From Squalus acanthias (taxonomy: Eukaryota): a stretch of 64,000 nt of DNA. Below the pieces are notes generated by a model. The model was given only the letters and a program-made list of their open reading frames with translations. It searched no databases and was not told the origin of the DNA. Of this stretch, positions 1-13,002 are shown in pieces (the first letter of the stretch is position 1; each line of letters begins with the position of its first letter). Both the position numbers and the translations under genes were made by a program. The stretch covers positions 23,126,001-23,190,000 of the forward strand of contig CM059433.1 in assembly GCA_030390025.1 (NCBI GenBank), read 5' to 3'.

Positions 1-434
1 TCACACGGTTGTAACAGAACCCACTCGTTTTGTCAAATGGCCGGAAATTCGTGTGGACTCCGTTATGCACTTACGATCCCCTTCACGGCCCGGCTTTCTT
101 CTATGTGCTGTGCTCAGGCAATGCTTTCCACTTAAACACAATAAAAGGAAAATTCTTACCCCATGCAGTCAGGGGAAAACATTTGATCTGTGAACATGTT
201 AGTTCCACGCACCATGTAAAATTACTCTATTATGGATTCTATCCACTTAGTTCAATCTCCTGAGGGTGGTGACTAACCACGGATAAAACTTCCAAGCTGA
301 TAAAGTTTGATGAAATTGTTCCCTGACTCTCTAAGGTAATCTACCAAAACATCAGCATATCAATCCAATATAACAGACTATATTATTCTGCCCCAATTAA
401 TCCACCCGTTCTGGAACTGTAACAATATTTTAAT

Positions 435-1356
435 GGCCCTGAATTCGCGGTCGGTATGCTGGCGTACTCAGAGTACGCTGTCAAACTGCCTTTCAAATTG
501 ACTGCAAGTTTAATCCCGATCTTGCGATCTATCAAGTTCTGACTGCACATAGGCTTCGCTGCACATTGCACCTCCTCATACAAATGAATGTGCTGCCGAA
601 AAGTTGGGCTGATTGCCCACCTACTGCGAGGTAATTACACTAAAATTTTTTACATCTGATGTAAACAGGCGCAGGAAGCCTGTTGTACAGTGCAAGGGGC
701 CCGGATGAGAAAACTGTATTACAAACCTGTTCCAAACATTGCTGCTGTCACACTAAAAGGCCAATTTGTATTTAATCTCCCATTCTCTTCAATATACGCT
801 ATATTGAGAAAGCTCTTTTTGTCCTTTAGATGATTTGTATTGATAAACACATAGCAAATTTGTTTCAAGCTGATTCGGTTATTCATACTGAAAGAAAGGG
901 ATTATGTCCATTATCTCAGCTGTGTTTTGCCTTTAGAAATAGTGGTCTTGATTATTGGGTAGAAAATAGCTTAAGAAAATTGAATGGGACTGCTATCACC
1001 ACTACGTTTTATTAAAATACGTCATTTCTATTCTATTTGTGCAATGTAATTTCTGTAACTGCATGGCATGCATATTTTAATATCCTTTTAAAATGAGTTG
1101 TGGGCACATCAGCAATCTCCTCTGTTTCCTGATTGGCTAAGAGTCAGGAAGTGAAAGGAGCACCGCCCCTCGTGATCCCAGGTTCACATACGCACAACGG
1201 TGCGCTCCTGGGCTCCGTGGGGCACTACACTGTGCACAACTCTGCAGCGTTTGAAAGCAAGTTCTCGAATAGGGGTTCGCATGAGGTAAGTGCGGATTTC
1301 CTTTGGATATTGGTGCCGCACTCCTTAGCTATGCCACCGACTGCGAATTCAGGGCC
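435..1356. mobile_element. PIF/Harbinger-like MITE
   Basis: TIRs GGCCCTGAATTCGCGGTCGGT / ACCGACTGCGAATTCAGGGCC (1 mismatch in 21 bp), flanked by AAT/ATT; no coding capacity. Confidence 0.75.
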
Positions 1357-1476
1357 ATTTTTGCACAGAATAGAGCAGGCAAACACCTAAGATCAATATG
1401 TGTAGCTATTGAATTCAAGCAATCACCATATATATTAATTAAGTGCACAATCAGATTAAACCAGCTTTCAGACACA

Positions 1477-1862
1477 GAAAGAAAGAGATTTGCATATATA
1501 TAGCGCCTTTCGCAACCTCAGGACGTCCCAAAATGCTTTACAGCCAATGAAGTATTTTTCAAGTGTACTAACTGTTGCAATTTGGGAGACATGATGGACA
1601 AACAGCAATAACCAGAGAATCTGCTCTTTTTTAGCGATTTTGGTTGAAGGATAAATATTGGCCAGGGCTCCCTTGCTCTTCTTTAAATAGTGCCACGGGA
1701 CCTTTTACATCCACCTGAGCGAGCAGACTCTGTTTTACATCTCATCCGAAAGACGGCACCTCTGACAGTGCAGCACTCCCTCAGTACTGCACTGGAGCGT
1801 CAGCCTAGATTTTGTGCTCAAGTCTCTGGCGTGAGGCTTGAACCCACAATATTGAGATCTGA
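1477..1862 (-). mobile_element. tRNA-derived Deu-domain SINE (SacSINE1/AmnSINE1-like), 5' eroded
   Basis: Reverse complement of the full copy at 23025-23488 (Deu core GAGGTGCCGTCTTTCGGATGAGA; L2-like tail; TTTC repeat end). Confidence 0.85.
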
Positions 1863-2080
1863 AGCAGAAATAAAGAAGATTCAGAGTAGACAAGAAGCTA
1901 TTGGATATGTTGCCAGTAGAAGACATCATTACAAGAAAGAACAAGTTCTTTTGAAAGTTTGTTCATTAATGTCCATAACCTTCAATCTTGTTTTTAACCA
2001 GATATTTCAATCCCTTTTTAAAGGAATTAACTAATAACCAATTACTTTTGGATGCACTATTTGTAGTTGTGCTCTTTTAA

Positions 2081-4652
2081 TTTTTTTTATTCGTTTATGG
2101 GATGTGGCCGTCACTGGCAATGCCAGCATTTATTGCCCATCCTTAGTTGCCCTTGAGAAGGTGGTGGTGAGCCGCCTTCTTGAACCGCTGCAGTCCGTGT
2201 GGTGATGGTACTCCCACAGTGCTGTTAGGTAGGGAGTTCCAGGATTTTGACCCAGCGACGATGAAGGATCGGCGATATACTTCTAAGTCAGGATGGTGTG
2301 TGACTTGGAGGGGAACTTGGAGGTGGTGGTGTTCCCATGCGTCTGCTGCCCTTGTCCTTCTAGGTGGAAGAGGTCGCGGGTTTGGGAGGTGCTGCCGAAG
2401 AAGCCTTGGCGAGTTGCTGCAGTGCATCTTGTAGATGGTACACACTGCAGCCACGGTACGCCGGTGGTGGAGGGAGTGAATGTTTAAGGTGGTGGATGGG
2501 GTGCCAATCAAGCGGGCTGCTTTGTCCTAGATGGTGTCGAGCTTCTTGAGTGTTGTTGAGCTGCACTCATCCAGGCAAGCGGAGAGTATTCCATCACACT
2601 CCTTACTTGTGCCTTGTAGATGGTGGAAAGGCTTTGGGGAGTCAGGAGGTGAGACACTCGGCGCAGAATACCTAGCCTCTGACCTGCTCTTGTTGCCATA
2701 GTATTTATGTGGCTGGTCCAGTTAAGTTTCTGGTTAATGGTGACCCCTAGGATGTTGATAGTGGGGGATTCAGCAATGGTAATGCCATTGAATGTCAAGG
2801 GGAGGTGGTTAGACTCTCGCTTGTTGGAGATAGACATTGCCTGGCACTTCTGTGGCGCAAATGTTACCTGCCACTTATCAGCCCAAGCCTGAACGCCGTC
2901 CAGGTCTTGTTGCATGTGGGCATGGACTGCTTCATTATCTGTGGAGTTGCAAATGGCGCTGAACACTGTGCAGTCATCAGCGAACATCCCCATTTCTGAC
3001 CTTATGTTGGAGGAAAAGTCATTGATGAAGCAGCTGAAGATGGTTGGGCCTAGGAAACACTGCCCTGAGGAACACCTGCAGCGATGTCCTGGGGCTGTGA
3101 TGATTGACCTTCAACCACCACAACCATCTTCCTTTGTGCTAGGTATGACTCCAGCCAGTGGAGCGTTTTCCTCCTGATTCCATTGACTTCAGTTTTACTA
3201 GGGCTCCTTGATGCCAGACTCGGTCAAATGCTGCCTTGATGTCAAGGGCAGTCACATTCACCTCACCTCTGGAATTCAGCTCCTTTGTCCATGTTTGGAC
3301 CAAGGCTGTAATGAGGTCGGGAGCCGAGTGATCTTGACGGAACCCAAACTGGGCATCAGTGAGCAGGCTATTGGTGAGTAAGTGCCGCTTGATAGCACTG
3401 TCGATGACACCTTCCATCACTTTGCTGATGATTGAGAGTAGACTGATGGGGCAGTAATTGGCCGGGTTGGCTTTGTCCTGCTTTTTCTGGACAGGACATA
3501 CCTGGGCAGTTTTCCACATTGTCGGATAGATGCCAGTGTTGTAGCTGTACTGGAACAGCTTGGCTAGAGGCGCGGCTAGTTCTGGAGCACAAGTCTTCAG
3601 CACGATAGCCGGGATGTTGTCGGGGCCCATAGCCTTTGCTGTATCCAGTGTGCTCAGCCATTTCTTGATACCACGTGGAGTGAATCGAATTGGCTGAAGA
3701 CTGGCTTCTGTGATGGTGGGGACCTCGGGAGTAGGCCGATATGAATCATCCGCTCGGCACTTCTGGCTGAAGTTGGTTACAAACACTTCAGCCTTGTCTT
3801 TTGCACTCATGTGCTGGGCTCCAGCATCATTGAGGATGGGGATATTCTTGGAGCCTCCTCCTCCCATTAGTTGTTTAATGGTCCACCACCATTCACGACT
3901 GGATGTGACAGGACTGTAGAGCTTTGATCTGATCCGTTAATTGTGGGATCACTTAGCCCTGTCTATAGCATGCTGCTTCCGCTTTTTAGCAGGCATGTAG
4001 TCCTGTGTTGCAGCTTCCCCAGGTTGGCACCTCATTTTTAGGTATGCCTGGTGCTGCTCCTGGCATGCTCTTCTACACTCGTTGATGAACCAGGGTTGGT
4101 TCTCTGGCTTGATGGTAATGGTAGAGTGAGGGATATGCCGTGCCACGAGGTTACAGATTGTGGCGGAATACAATTCTGGTGCTGCTGATGGCCCACAGCG
4201 CCTCATGGGTGCCCAGTTTTGAGCTGCTAGATCTGTTCTAAATCTATCCCATTTAACACGGTGGTAGTGCCACATAACACGATGGAGGGTGTTCTCAGTG
4301 TGAAGACGGGACTTCGTCTCCACAATGACTGTGCGGTGGTCACTGCTGCCAATGCTGTCCTGGACAGATGCATCTGCGACAGGTAGATTGGTGAGGACGA
4401 GGTCCAGTAGGTTTTTCCCCTTGTTGGTTCACTCAGCACCTGTCGCAGGCCCAGACTGGCAGCTATGTCCTTCAGGACTCGGCCAGCTCGGACAGTTGTG
4501 GTGCTACCGAGCCACTCTTGCTGATGGACATTGAAGTCCCCCACCCAGAGTACATTCTGTGCCCTTGCTACTCTCAGTGCTTCTTCCAAGTGGTGTTCAA
4601 CATGGAGGAGTACTGATTCATCAGCTGAGGGAGGGCGGTAGGTGGTAATCAG
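2081..4652 (-). mobile_element. 5'-truncated non-LTR retrotransposon, CR1/L2-group LINE (APE + RT, frameshifted)
   Basis: Minus-strand ORF pieces: VGDFNVH (endonuclease), KAMGPDNIP, NYCPISLLS, QFGFR, LDIKAAFDRVWH, MFADDC (RT); A-rich 3' end at 2081; exact clade not determinable by eye. Confidence 0.9.
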
Positions 4653-4990
4653 ACACTAGAGGGCCACATTTCAAAGCCGCTTCTGTGTGTCAGCTGATAT
4701 TTGCCACTGTAATAAAGAAGCCAATCTAATAGAAAAACATTAGATAACAAAATTGTTTCTGGAAACACTAATTATCAATGCATTTGTGTAAATAGCGCTA
4801 TTGATTAGAAAATGTGCGCGTAGGATAATATGTGCTCAAACTATTATCTCTTAAGTGTAGTAAAGTATAAAATAGCACATCAATTTCTAAAACGTCAAAG
4901 GAAGCATGATTAGGTTTTTAACAGCTAGATGATCACACAGTTTGAGTTAATGCAGGAAGATGACAAATATGATTCTCGCCACCTTTTATT

Positions 4991-5759
4991 GTCCCAGATT
5001 TTGCGGTCAGCAGTGAAGGAACAGCGCTCGCCATTCACCTCGCTGACAGCTGCCCACAAAGTTTTTGCGGGCTTTAGAGCGCAGAGTTGCGCTAATCCAA
5101 TGTCTGATCCAGCACGGCGCCCTCTACATGGAATCTGTGGCGTCTGTGAGCAGGTCAAGTAACAGCAAGGCTCTTCAGCCAATCAGATTGAAGAATCCTC
5201 ACTGAGACACGCAGAGTGTAAACCAGGAAGTATAAAGCAGGAAATATAAATTAGATTTAAATGATGTACAGAAAGCAAAACAATGATTGGGAAATACAGA
5301 TGGGATTAAGGGAGAGAGATGAAAGAGGCAGCCAGAAAAAGTAAAAAAGTACATATTTAATTTTTTTTAAAAATCTCCAGCACTAATTTAGTCTGAGGAA
5401 ATGAGACTCCAAACTTCTAAAATTAAATTTGCAGGGCCAGAGAGGTTGTTCAGCAGCAATTATCACTTACCATGCTGTTAAAAATGCACTTACTTCTGAA
5501 TGCACCAACACTAATATTTTCAGCCATTTTTAGTGGAGAACTAGTGGGCAAGTACCACAACTTCATGCCGTCGCATTCATTTCAGTGCCGAGTCAATCGG
5601 CGAGGACTGTAACAGCACAGACTGTGGAGGAGTGGGGTATCTCTGACAACAACTTCCGTATTTGCGTGTTTAACTGCGCATGTGCAGATGCCTGATTTAC
5701 TCCATAGTAACGGTAAGCACCGTTAACCTCACCATTATTCTTATTGCAAAATCCAGCCC
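4991..5759 (-). mobile_element. Harbinger-like MITE, same family as 32069-32828
   Basis: Ends GTCCCAGATTTTGC ... GCAAAATCCAGCCC; 3-bp TSD ATT (4988-4990 / 5760-5762); internal segments are the reverse complement of 32069-32828. Confidence 0.7.
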
Positions 5760-5937
5760 ATTCTCTCCATGTAGTGATCATTTGCTGTTAGTCAGTAATT
5801 AACAGGGCAGGTTTTCTCGCGATAAAGTGCAACAAGACTCTTAGCTCACGGGACTGTACTGAGACTGAGAATAAGTGAATCTCAGTAATTCAGTGTGATA
5901 GGCATTAATAGGATGACCAATTTTACAATGATCAATT

Positions 5938-6522
5938 ACAACAACAACATTAACTCGTATTTATATAGCACCTTTAATGTAGTAAAACGTCCCAAGGTGC
6001 TTCACAGGAGTATTAAAAGACAAAAAATTTGACACCGAGCCACATAAGGAGAAATTAGGGCAGGTGACCAAAAGCTTGGTCAGAGAGGTAGGTTTTAAGG
6101 AGCGTCTTATAGGAGGAGAGAGAGATAGCGAGGCAGAGAGGTTTAGGCAGGGAATTCCAGAGCTTAGGGCCTAGGCAACAGAAGGCACAGCCACCAATGG
6201 TTGAGTGATTACAATCAGGGATGCTCAAGAGGGCAGAATTAGAGGAGCGCAGATATCTCAGGGGGTTATGGGGCTGAAGGAGATTACAGAGATAGGGAGT
6301 GCGAGGGCCATGGAGGGATTTGAAAACAAGGATGAGAATTTTGAAATCGAGGCGTTGATTAACTGGGAGCCAATGTAGGTCAGCGAGCACAGGGGTGATG
6401 GGTGAACGGGACTTAGTGCGAGTTAGGACACGGGCAGCCGAGTTTTGGATCACCTCACGTTTATGTAGGATAGAATGTGGGAGGCCAGCCAGGAGTGCGT
6501 TGGAATAGTCAAGTCTAGAGGT
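5938..6522 (-). mobile_element. L2 LINE 3' fragment
   Basis: SRLDYSNALLAGLP...IQNSAAR...LADLHWLPV...FKILILVFK L2 ORF2 C-terminus; (TTG)n tail. Confidence 0.9.
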
Positions 6523-7444
6523 ACTGGGTGTACTCACTTTTCACATGTTTAAGATAAAATAGTCTGCACTCAAATAATACAGCAAAATGGGAATAAGATT
6601 AAATGAGCTAGTAAGTAATGTTGCAGCAATGTTGCTGGCAGAATTATTGAAAAGTTCTGGACAAGATCTCATGTGTACTTTAAGAATGGACTGTGAGTGG
6701 ATGCTGTGGACATTGGACTAAGTTTCAAAAAATGATAGTTATCTTGTTTACAAGTTTCTTATGACTCAATCATAATGATAGTTGTGCACAACTGTTAAAT
6801 GGATGATTTGATGCAGTAAGGTTTCATTAATGGGAACAAAGTAATCAGTTAATCACAGTGCAACTGTAATAATGATCCTATGACAATTCTCAGAGAGTTC
6901 ACAAATGGCGTAACTCACTTCACAGAATGTTCCAGCGGATTGAGAAATGGAGAAACAGCAGCAGTGTGGAAAGATAGGCCTCCATGAAGGATGAATGGCA
7001 AGTTCCATGGCGATGAAAGAACATTGGCAAAAAAACACTGGTAGGATGGTACCATGCAAATGAGGGAAATACATCATACTCCTTAATTGCTGCCATTGGT
7101 GCCCCATCAACGTGGGCACCGGGGACACGCGGGTACCTGTGGCATCCAGCATTGCTATGTACCGGGATGGAGTGGTAAACTTAAACTTTAAAAGGCTGGC
7201 TATGCCATTTACTGCTTTTGGGAAACAAGCCTTAAGTGACAGCAGCAGCAATAATAATAATAATGTAAAACATCTTAGGCCAGTAATCAAGTGAACCTAT
7301 ACTGGAGCTGCACTGTTGCAGCTAAATCCCTCCTCGTTGTGATGGAAGGCACTTCACCTTTCCTCAGATCCACTGCCAACAGCCCTCTCTCTGAATTTGA
7401 ACCCCCTTCCTCTTATTTCCAATACCAAGTCCTCAGCTGAGTGA

Positions 7445-7898
7445 AGAAAGAAAGACTTGCATTTATATAGCGCCTTTCACGACAACCGGACGCTTTACAG
7501 AGGCGTTCAAAATTATGAAGTACTTTTTTGGAGTGTAGTCACTGTTGTAATTTGGGAAACACAGCAGCCAATTTGCACACAGCAAGCTCCCACAAACAGC
7601 AATGTGATAATGACCAGATAATCTGTTTTTGTTATGTTGATTGAGAGATAAATATTGGCCAGGACACTGGGGATAACTCCCCTGCTCTTCTTACGAAATA
7701 GTGCCATGGGATCTTTTACGTCCACCTGAGAGAGCAGACGGGGCCTCAGTTTAACATCTCATCTGAAAGACGGCACCTCCTCAGTACTGCACTGGAGTAT
7801 CAGCTTAGCTTTATGTGCTCACGTCTCTGGAGTGGGACTATGAACCCACAACCTTCTGACTCAGAGGTGAGGGTGCTACCCACTGAGCCACAGCTGAC
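7445..7898 (-). mobile_element. Full-length Deu-domain tRNA SINE
   Basis: tRNA head (TGGCTCAGTGGG A box; GGTTCATAGTCC B-box-like) + Deu core + L2-like tail on the minus strand. Confidence 0.9.
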
Positions 7899-8524
7899 AC
7901 ACAGTGAGAAAGCTAGATAGCAGTAGAAAAAATTTAAAGACCCATTGGGCACAATTTCAATGTTTACCCTTCTGCGTCTTGCTATTAGTAGCTGTTTGCT
8001 GACTATCCAGTTTTGAGTGGTAGTTTGGAACTTTACAATTGGTAGGTTTTGCTGCCGTGTACTACGTACATTCCGACCTTCTCAATTGTGATTTCTTACT
8101 GTTTCATCGATATAAATTATAAGCCATCAGGTACAAGTGTGACACCTGAAATGTGATGGCCAAAGCAAGGGCTTGGCACAATACACAATCACATATTCAC
8201 TGGTGAATCTCCTGTGGAGGTACTCATGGTAAGGGAGAGGGTGCCCTGGTTTAGAAAAGGAGCATCATTCCATACAAAATAGTAAGTAGGTGTGTGTTGC
8301 TTTAGGCTTTGCATTCTTGAAATGAATGCTGGGGTCAGTTACATGTCAGATGACGGGTCAGAACCCTGGTGGTTTGATTGGCAGGTCAATTAACAAGTTG
8401 GAGACAGTGGAATGGGTATTTTCGTGGTGAGGTGGAACTGAAAGGCACAGCATTTTGAGATTGATTTCCGTCCATAAGAAGGAGAGGTGAGTGCAAGAGG
8501 TTATAAGTGTTTGTTATCCTACTT

Positions 8525-8926
8525 GGGGCTGGATTTTCCCGATGAAGGGACATCCCGAGGGCCTCCCGCAGTGGCAGGAAACAGCTGCCACTGAGCTGCC
8601 TGCAAATTTTTTAACTGCGTCAAATTATTGTCTCCATTGTAGAGACCTGTGCGTGACACAACTCAGCGTTCATGCACAGTCCCCTCCTCCAAAGAATCAG
8701 CAAGGCCTCTTCAACCGACCTTTCAACACTGAATGCCGGGATCTAAAAGGTGTCCCAACTGTCCAGCATCCAATCTGAGCAAACATATATAGGTGGGCAC
8801 ATTGCAGGCTGCTGGTCTACTCACCAGATAATGGGGGGCACGGGGGCGGATAATGTGCCCGAGTTAGTTTCCATCTGCATCTGCCCCAGATTCGTTGAAA
8901 ACTCAATGGGTTGGAAAATCAAGCCT
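8525..8926. mobile_element. Degenerate MITE
   Basis: GGGGCTGGATTTTCC ... GGAAAATCAAGCC terminal inverted repeat resembling other Harbinger MITE ends here. Confidence 0.5.
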
Positions 8927-10302
8927 ATGGTTTTAAAAGCTTACATTTTCCTACATTTACACCTAATTTTGAACTGTTCTGTTTTTAGTTTATTTTAACT
9001 CGCTTCGCTTGCTGCACCTGTTGAGAAAGTTAGGGTTGGAATCAATCAGGTGCTAGAATGAGAGGTAAATTAGAAGCAATTTGAGTATAATTATAATAAA
9101 TTTGACTATTAAGATGATTGACTGAAAAAGCGTAACAGAAGTAAATGGTGCACTTACGGTAGTGTATACAGGGCAAGATTTTTAATACAGTATGGATCGA
9201 TAGTCTAAGATTTGCACTGTATGTGACATCATTAAGGAGTATTTCCCTCTCAAGTTACATCAGGTTTCTGATTTAAGTGAGATGGCTGGGGACAGAAGAT
9301 CGGATGAGGACCGAGCCTCTCAGTCTCCACCCATTATGGCTCCATAACGATCCTCTGAATTTAATGGTAATACAACTGTTTTGTGTACAGGTTCATTATA
9401 AATTTGTTCACCAACAATAACTATAGTGATACCTGCAGAAACATTATCACAACTTACTTTGATTTTGGTGTGAATTGAAAACAATACAGTACCAACTCAA
9501 ATTCAGCAGAGAATAGTTGAAAAAAATCATTGACAAAAGTAAGTACTGTTGCTTTGCTTTGAGTCTATTTGTCAAAGTGCAGTTTGTTTCATGACATGCA
9601 GAGTAAACAGAGGTTGTCTAAAGTGTTATATGGTTTGATTGAGTGAGGCAAACATTTGAACAAGATTATAAGAACAAAGTGTTGCAAGCATAATGTCCAT
9701 GAAAGTGAATATTTTCCTCAGTTTTTTCCCCCAACTCCAGCAGACTGGAAAGACAATCATTTCACAGTGCTGCTCCAATTAATGGAAAAGAGAAGTAGAA
9801 TTGGCCAGTAACCAGATCATCTCGATGGCAACAATCTGAAATTGGTTTCCCTGAGTAAAAAAGTTGCATTCTAAAGATATTATACAATCATCAGAGCAAT
9901 GCTCGAGACACCATCTGACAGAGAAGGCACAAGCTATTAAAAGAACTTCAGTGAATGCAAAGACGGAATCCTCAGATTTCATTTCTTTTATGAAATGAAG
10001 TGGAATAAAAATGTTAATGATACAATAAAGAGGGGTTGAAGGGACATGGGTTTAGTCACTTAAAGGAGGCTATTATAATCGAATTTTAAACTTATGTAAA
10101 AAAAAAGAGATATGTTTAAGGATGACTCACATTGAGGATCCAGAAGTAAAAGAAAGCGTGAATCTAAAGAGTCGAGGAATTCATTAGGGTGATGGTACGT
10201 GAAATCTTTCAACTGAAAGCCACTAAATGAGATTGAGTACCATATAAAATTGTACCATATTACCAAGTGCAAGACAACAAGCTTCTGCAGATAAGAGGCT
10301 TA

Positions 10303-10893
10303 AGGCCCAATTTTAACACGGGCGAGTGTGACGGCGGGAGCGGGGCCGATGGAAAGCGCCCAAGACAGTGGCAGCGTGAAGCAGAGGCCAATTTAACTCT
10401 TGGTCCTCGGTATCATCCTCCAGGACAGACTGCCGCCTGGGGGTGGGAGTGGGATTGTGCTTGGAGACCCGAGGGAATGGTCCCCAGCATTAAGGTAAGT
10501 GATGAGGTGCGGGAGGTTGGGGGGGTGCGTTCGAGCTGATTGCAGTCAGGGGAGGGAAGCCCAAGGTTTCTTGGTGGGGCCCAGAAGACCACTGCTGATC
10601 CTCCTGGCCCACAACAAAAGCTTCCAAAAAATTAACATTTATCCTTACCTGGGCCTGCTCTGGCCACGATCCTGTGTCGCCAGGTTTTATTGGTGGCACC
10701 AACACTGGTTATCACTACCGTGAACTACATGATCAGACCCCGGCATTTGAATATGGAGCCCTACGCTGCCGAAAAAAACAGCAGTTAAAATGGCGGCGGG
10801 CGCAAATGTGTCAGGAATGCAGCCGGAGCATCTGACCGCCATTTTAACTACCTGCCGCTCCCTTTCCCGCCAGACGGGCAGGGTTAAATTCAC
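10303..10893. mobile_element. Old GC-rich MITE-like element
   Basis: GGCCCAATTTTAAC ... GTTAAATTC ends; CpG-rich island in AT-rich flanks; right end resembles 30603-30653. Confidence 0.4.
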
Positions 10894-11039
10894 TGTTAGC
10901 GATGTACCAAGAGGTGAAACCCTCAAATATCTGGACCCTGAAATTATACTGTGCGATACCAGAGTACAAACGTGAACACAGTTGTTTGAAATTCACCCAT
11001 TGTAGCAGAGGCCCCAGCTCATTTATTTTAAAAAAATAC

Positions 11040-12255
11040 CGCGGATGAGGGACTTCAGTTATGTGGAGAGACTAGAGAAGCTGGGTTTGTTCTCCTTAGA
11101 GCAGAGAAGGCTAAGGGGAGATTTAACAGAGGCGTTCAAAATTATGAATGGTTTTAATAGAGTATTACATAGAATTTACAGAACAGAAACAGGCCATTCT
11201 GCCCAACAGGTCTATGCCAGTGTTTATGCTCCACACAAGCTTCCTCCCACTATTTACTTCATCTGGCCCTATCAGCATAACCGTCTACTCCTTTCTCCCT
11301 CATGTGTTTATCTAGCTTCCCCTTAAATGCATCCATGCTATTCTCCTCAACCACTCCATGTGATAGCGGGTCTACATTCTCACCACTCTCTGGGTAAAGA
11401 CATTTCTCCTGAATTCCTTAGTGGATTTATTAGTGACTACCTTATATTTATGACCCCTAGTATTGGACTCTCCCATAAGTGGTAGCATCTTCTCTATGTC
11501 TACCCTATCAAACCGATTCATAATTTTAAAGACCTCCATCAAGTCAGCTCTCAGTCTTCTCTTTTCGAGAGAAAAGAACCCCAACCTGTTCAGTCTTTCC
11601 TGATAGTTGTACGCTCTCAGTTTTTGTATCACCCTTATAAATCTTTTTTGTGCTTTCTTCAGTGCTTCTGTATCCTATTTGTAATTTAGAGACCAGAGCT
11701 GCACACAATACTGAAGTGTGGTCTAACCAAGGTCCTATATAAAAGTTTAGCCCCATTACTTCGTTTGGACTTTTGATGGCTTTGTTAACCTGTGTTACTA
11801 CTTTTAATGATTTGTGTATCTGTACCCCTAGATCCCTTTGCGCGCCTTTCCCATTTAGACTCTTATTTTCCAAGAAGTAGGTGGCCTCCTTATTCCTCCT
11901 ACCAAAATGCACCAACTCACACCAAGGAGAACTGTTTCTACTGGCAAGAGGGTCGGTAACCAGAGGACACAGAATTAAGATAATTGGAGAAAGTTCCAGA
12001 GAAGAGTATGAGGAGAATTTTTTTTTATAAAGCAAATTGTTATGATCTGGAATGCACTACATGAAAGGGTGGTGCAAGCAGATTCAATAATAACTTTCAG
12101 AAAGGATATATACTTGAAAAGGAAAAATTTGCAGGGCTACGGGGAAAGAGCAGGGGAGTGGGACGAATCGGCCTGTGCTGGCTCTTTCAAAGAGCCAGCA
12201 CAGGCATGATGGGCCGAATGGCCTCCTTCTGTGCTGTCTCATTCTAAGATTCTAT
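11040..12255 (+). mobile_element. CR1 LINE 3' fragment split by an opposite-strand CR1
   Basis: MRDFSYVERLEKLGLFSLEQRRLRGDL (11045-11164) resumes at about 11921 with LFLLARGSVTRGH and ends in GGGCCGAATGGCCT...TTCTATGA tail. Confidence 0.85.
11165..11920 (-). mobile_element. CR1 LINE 3' fragment nested in the plus-strand CR1
   Basis: CELVHFGRRN, RDLGVQIHKSLK, YQERLNRLGFFSLEKRRLR, TRGHKYK, FTQRVV on the minus strand; CR1 tail at 11165. Confidence 0.85.
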
Positions 12256-12492
12256 GAAAATGGTGATCTCCTCCACTGAAATAGTAAGGAGAAGAATTTC
12301 AGATGAATCCATTGTGTTGCGACACTGGTATCCCATAGCGTAATTTCAGAGACGTAATCTTTAGTACAAAAAAGATTATTGTTATTTCATTAATGTTTTT
12401 ATTAGAAAATACTTTGCAGATTTCCTCAGTTACGGAGAAAAATATATTTTTTTAAACTGCTGTGGAAGTGAACAGTAACTGGAGAAACTGAA

Positions 12493-13002
12493 TTTTTTTT
12501 TTTAATTTGTTTTTATGGGATGTGGGCGTCGCTGGCAAGGCCAGCATTTATTGCCCATCCCTAATTGCCCTTGAGAAGGTGGTGGTGAGCTGCCTTCTTG
12601 AACCGCTGCAGCCCGTGTGGTGAAGGTACTCCCACAGTGCTGTTAGGGAGGGAGTTCCAGGATTTTGACCCAGCGACGATGAAGGATCGGCGATATACTT
12701 CTAAGTCAGGATGATGTGTGACTTTGAGGGGAACTTGGAGCTGGTGGTGTTCCCATGCGCCTGCTGCCCTTGTCCTTCTAGGTGGAAGAGGTCGCAGGTT
12801 TGGGAGGTGCTGCCGAAGAAGCCATGGCGAGTTGCTGCAGTGCATCTTGTAGATGGTACACACTGCAGCCACGGTGCGCCGGTGGTGGAGGGAGTGAATG
12901 TTTAAGGTGGTGGATGGGGTGCCAATCAAGCGGGCTGCTTTGTCCTGAATGGTGTCGAGCTTCTTGAGTGTTGTTGGAGCTGCACTCATCCAGGCAAGTG
13001 GA
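12493..13002 (-). mobile_element. 3' end of the LINE family at 2081-4652
   Basis: Near-identical to 2081-2585; PLAWMSAAPTTLKKLDTIQDKAARLI...WNSLP. Confidence 0.9.

Noticed and set aside
6853-7290. 145-aa minus-strand ORF with a hydrophobic start and a GTGAGT donor-like site
   Set aside because: No recognisable domain in any frame; the Leu run comes from a (TAA)/(GCA) microsatellite; no partner exons found
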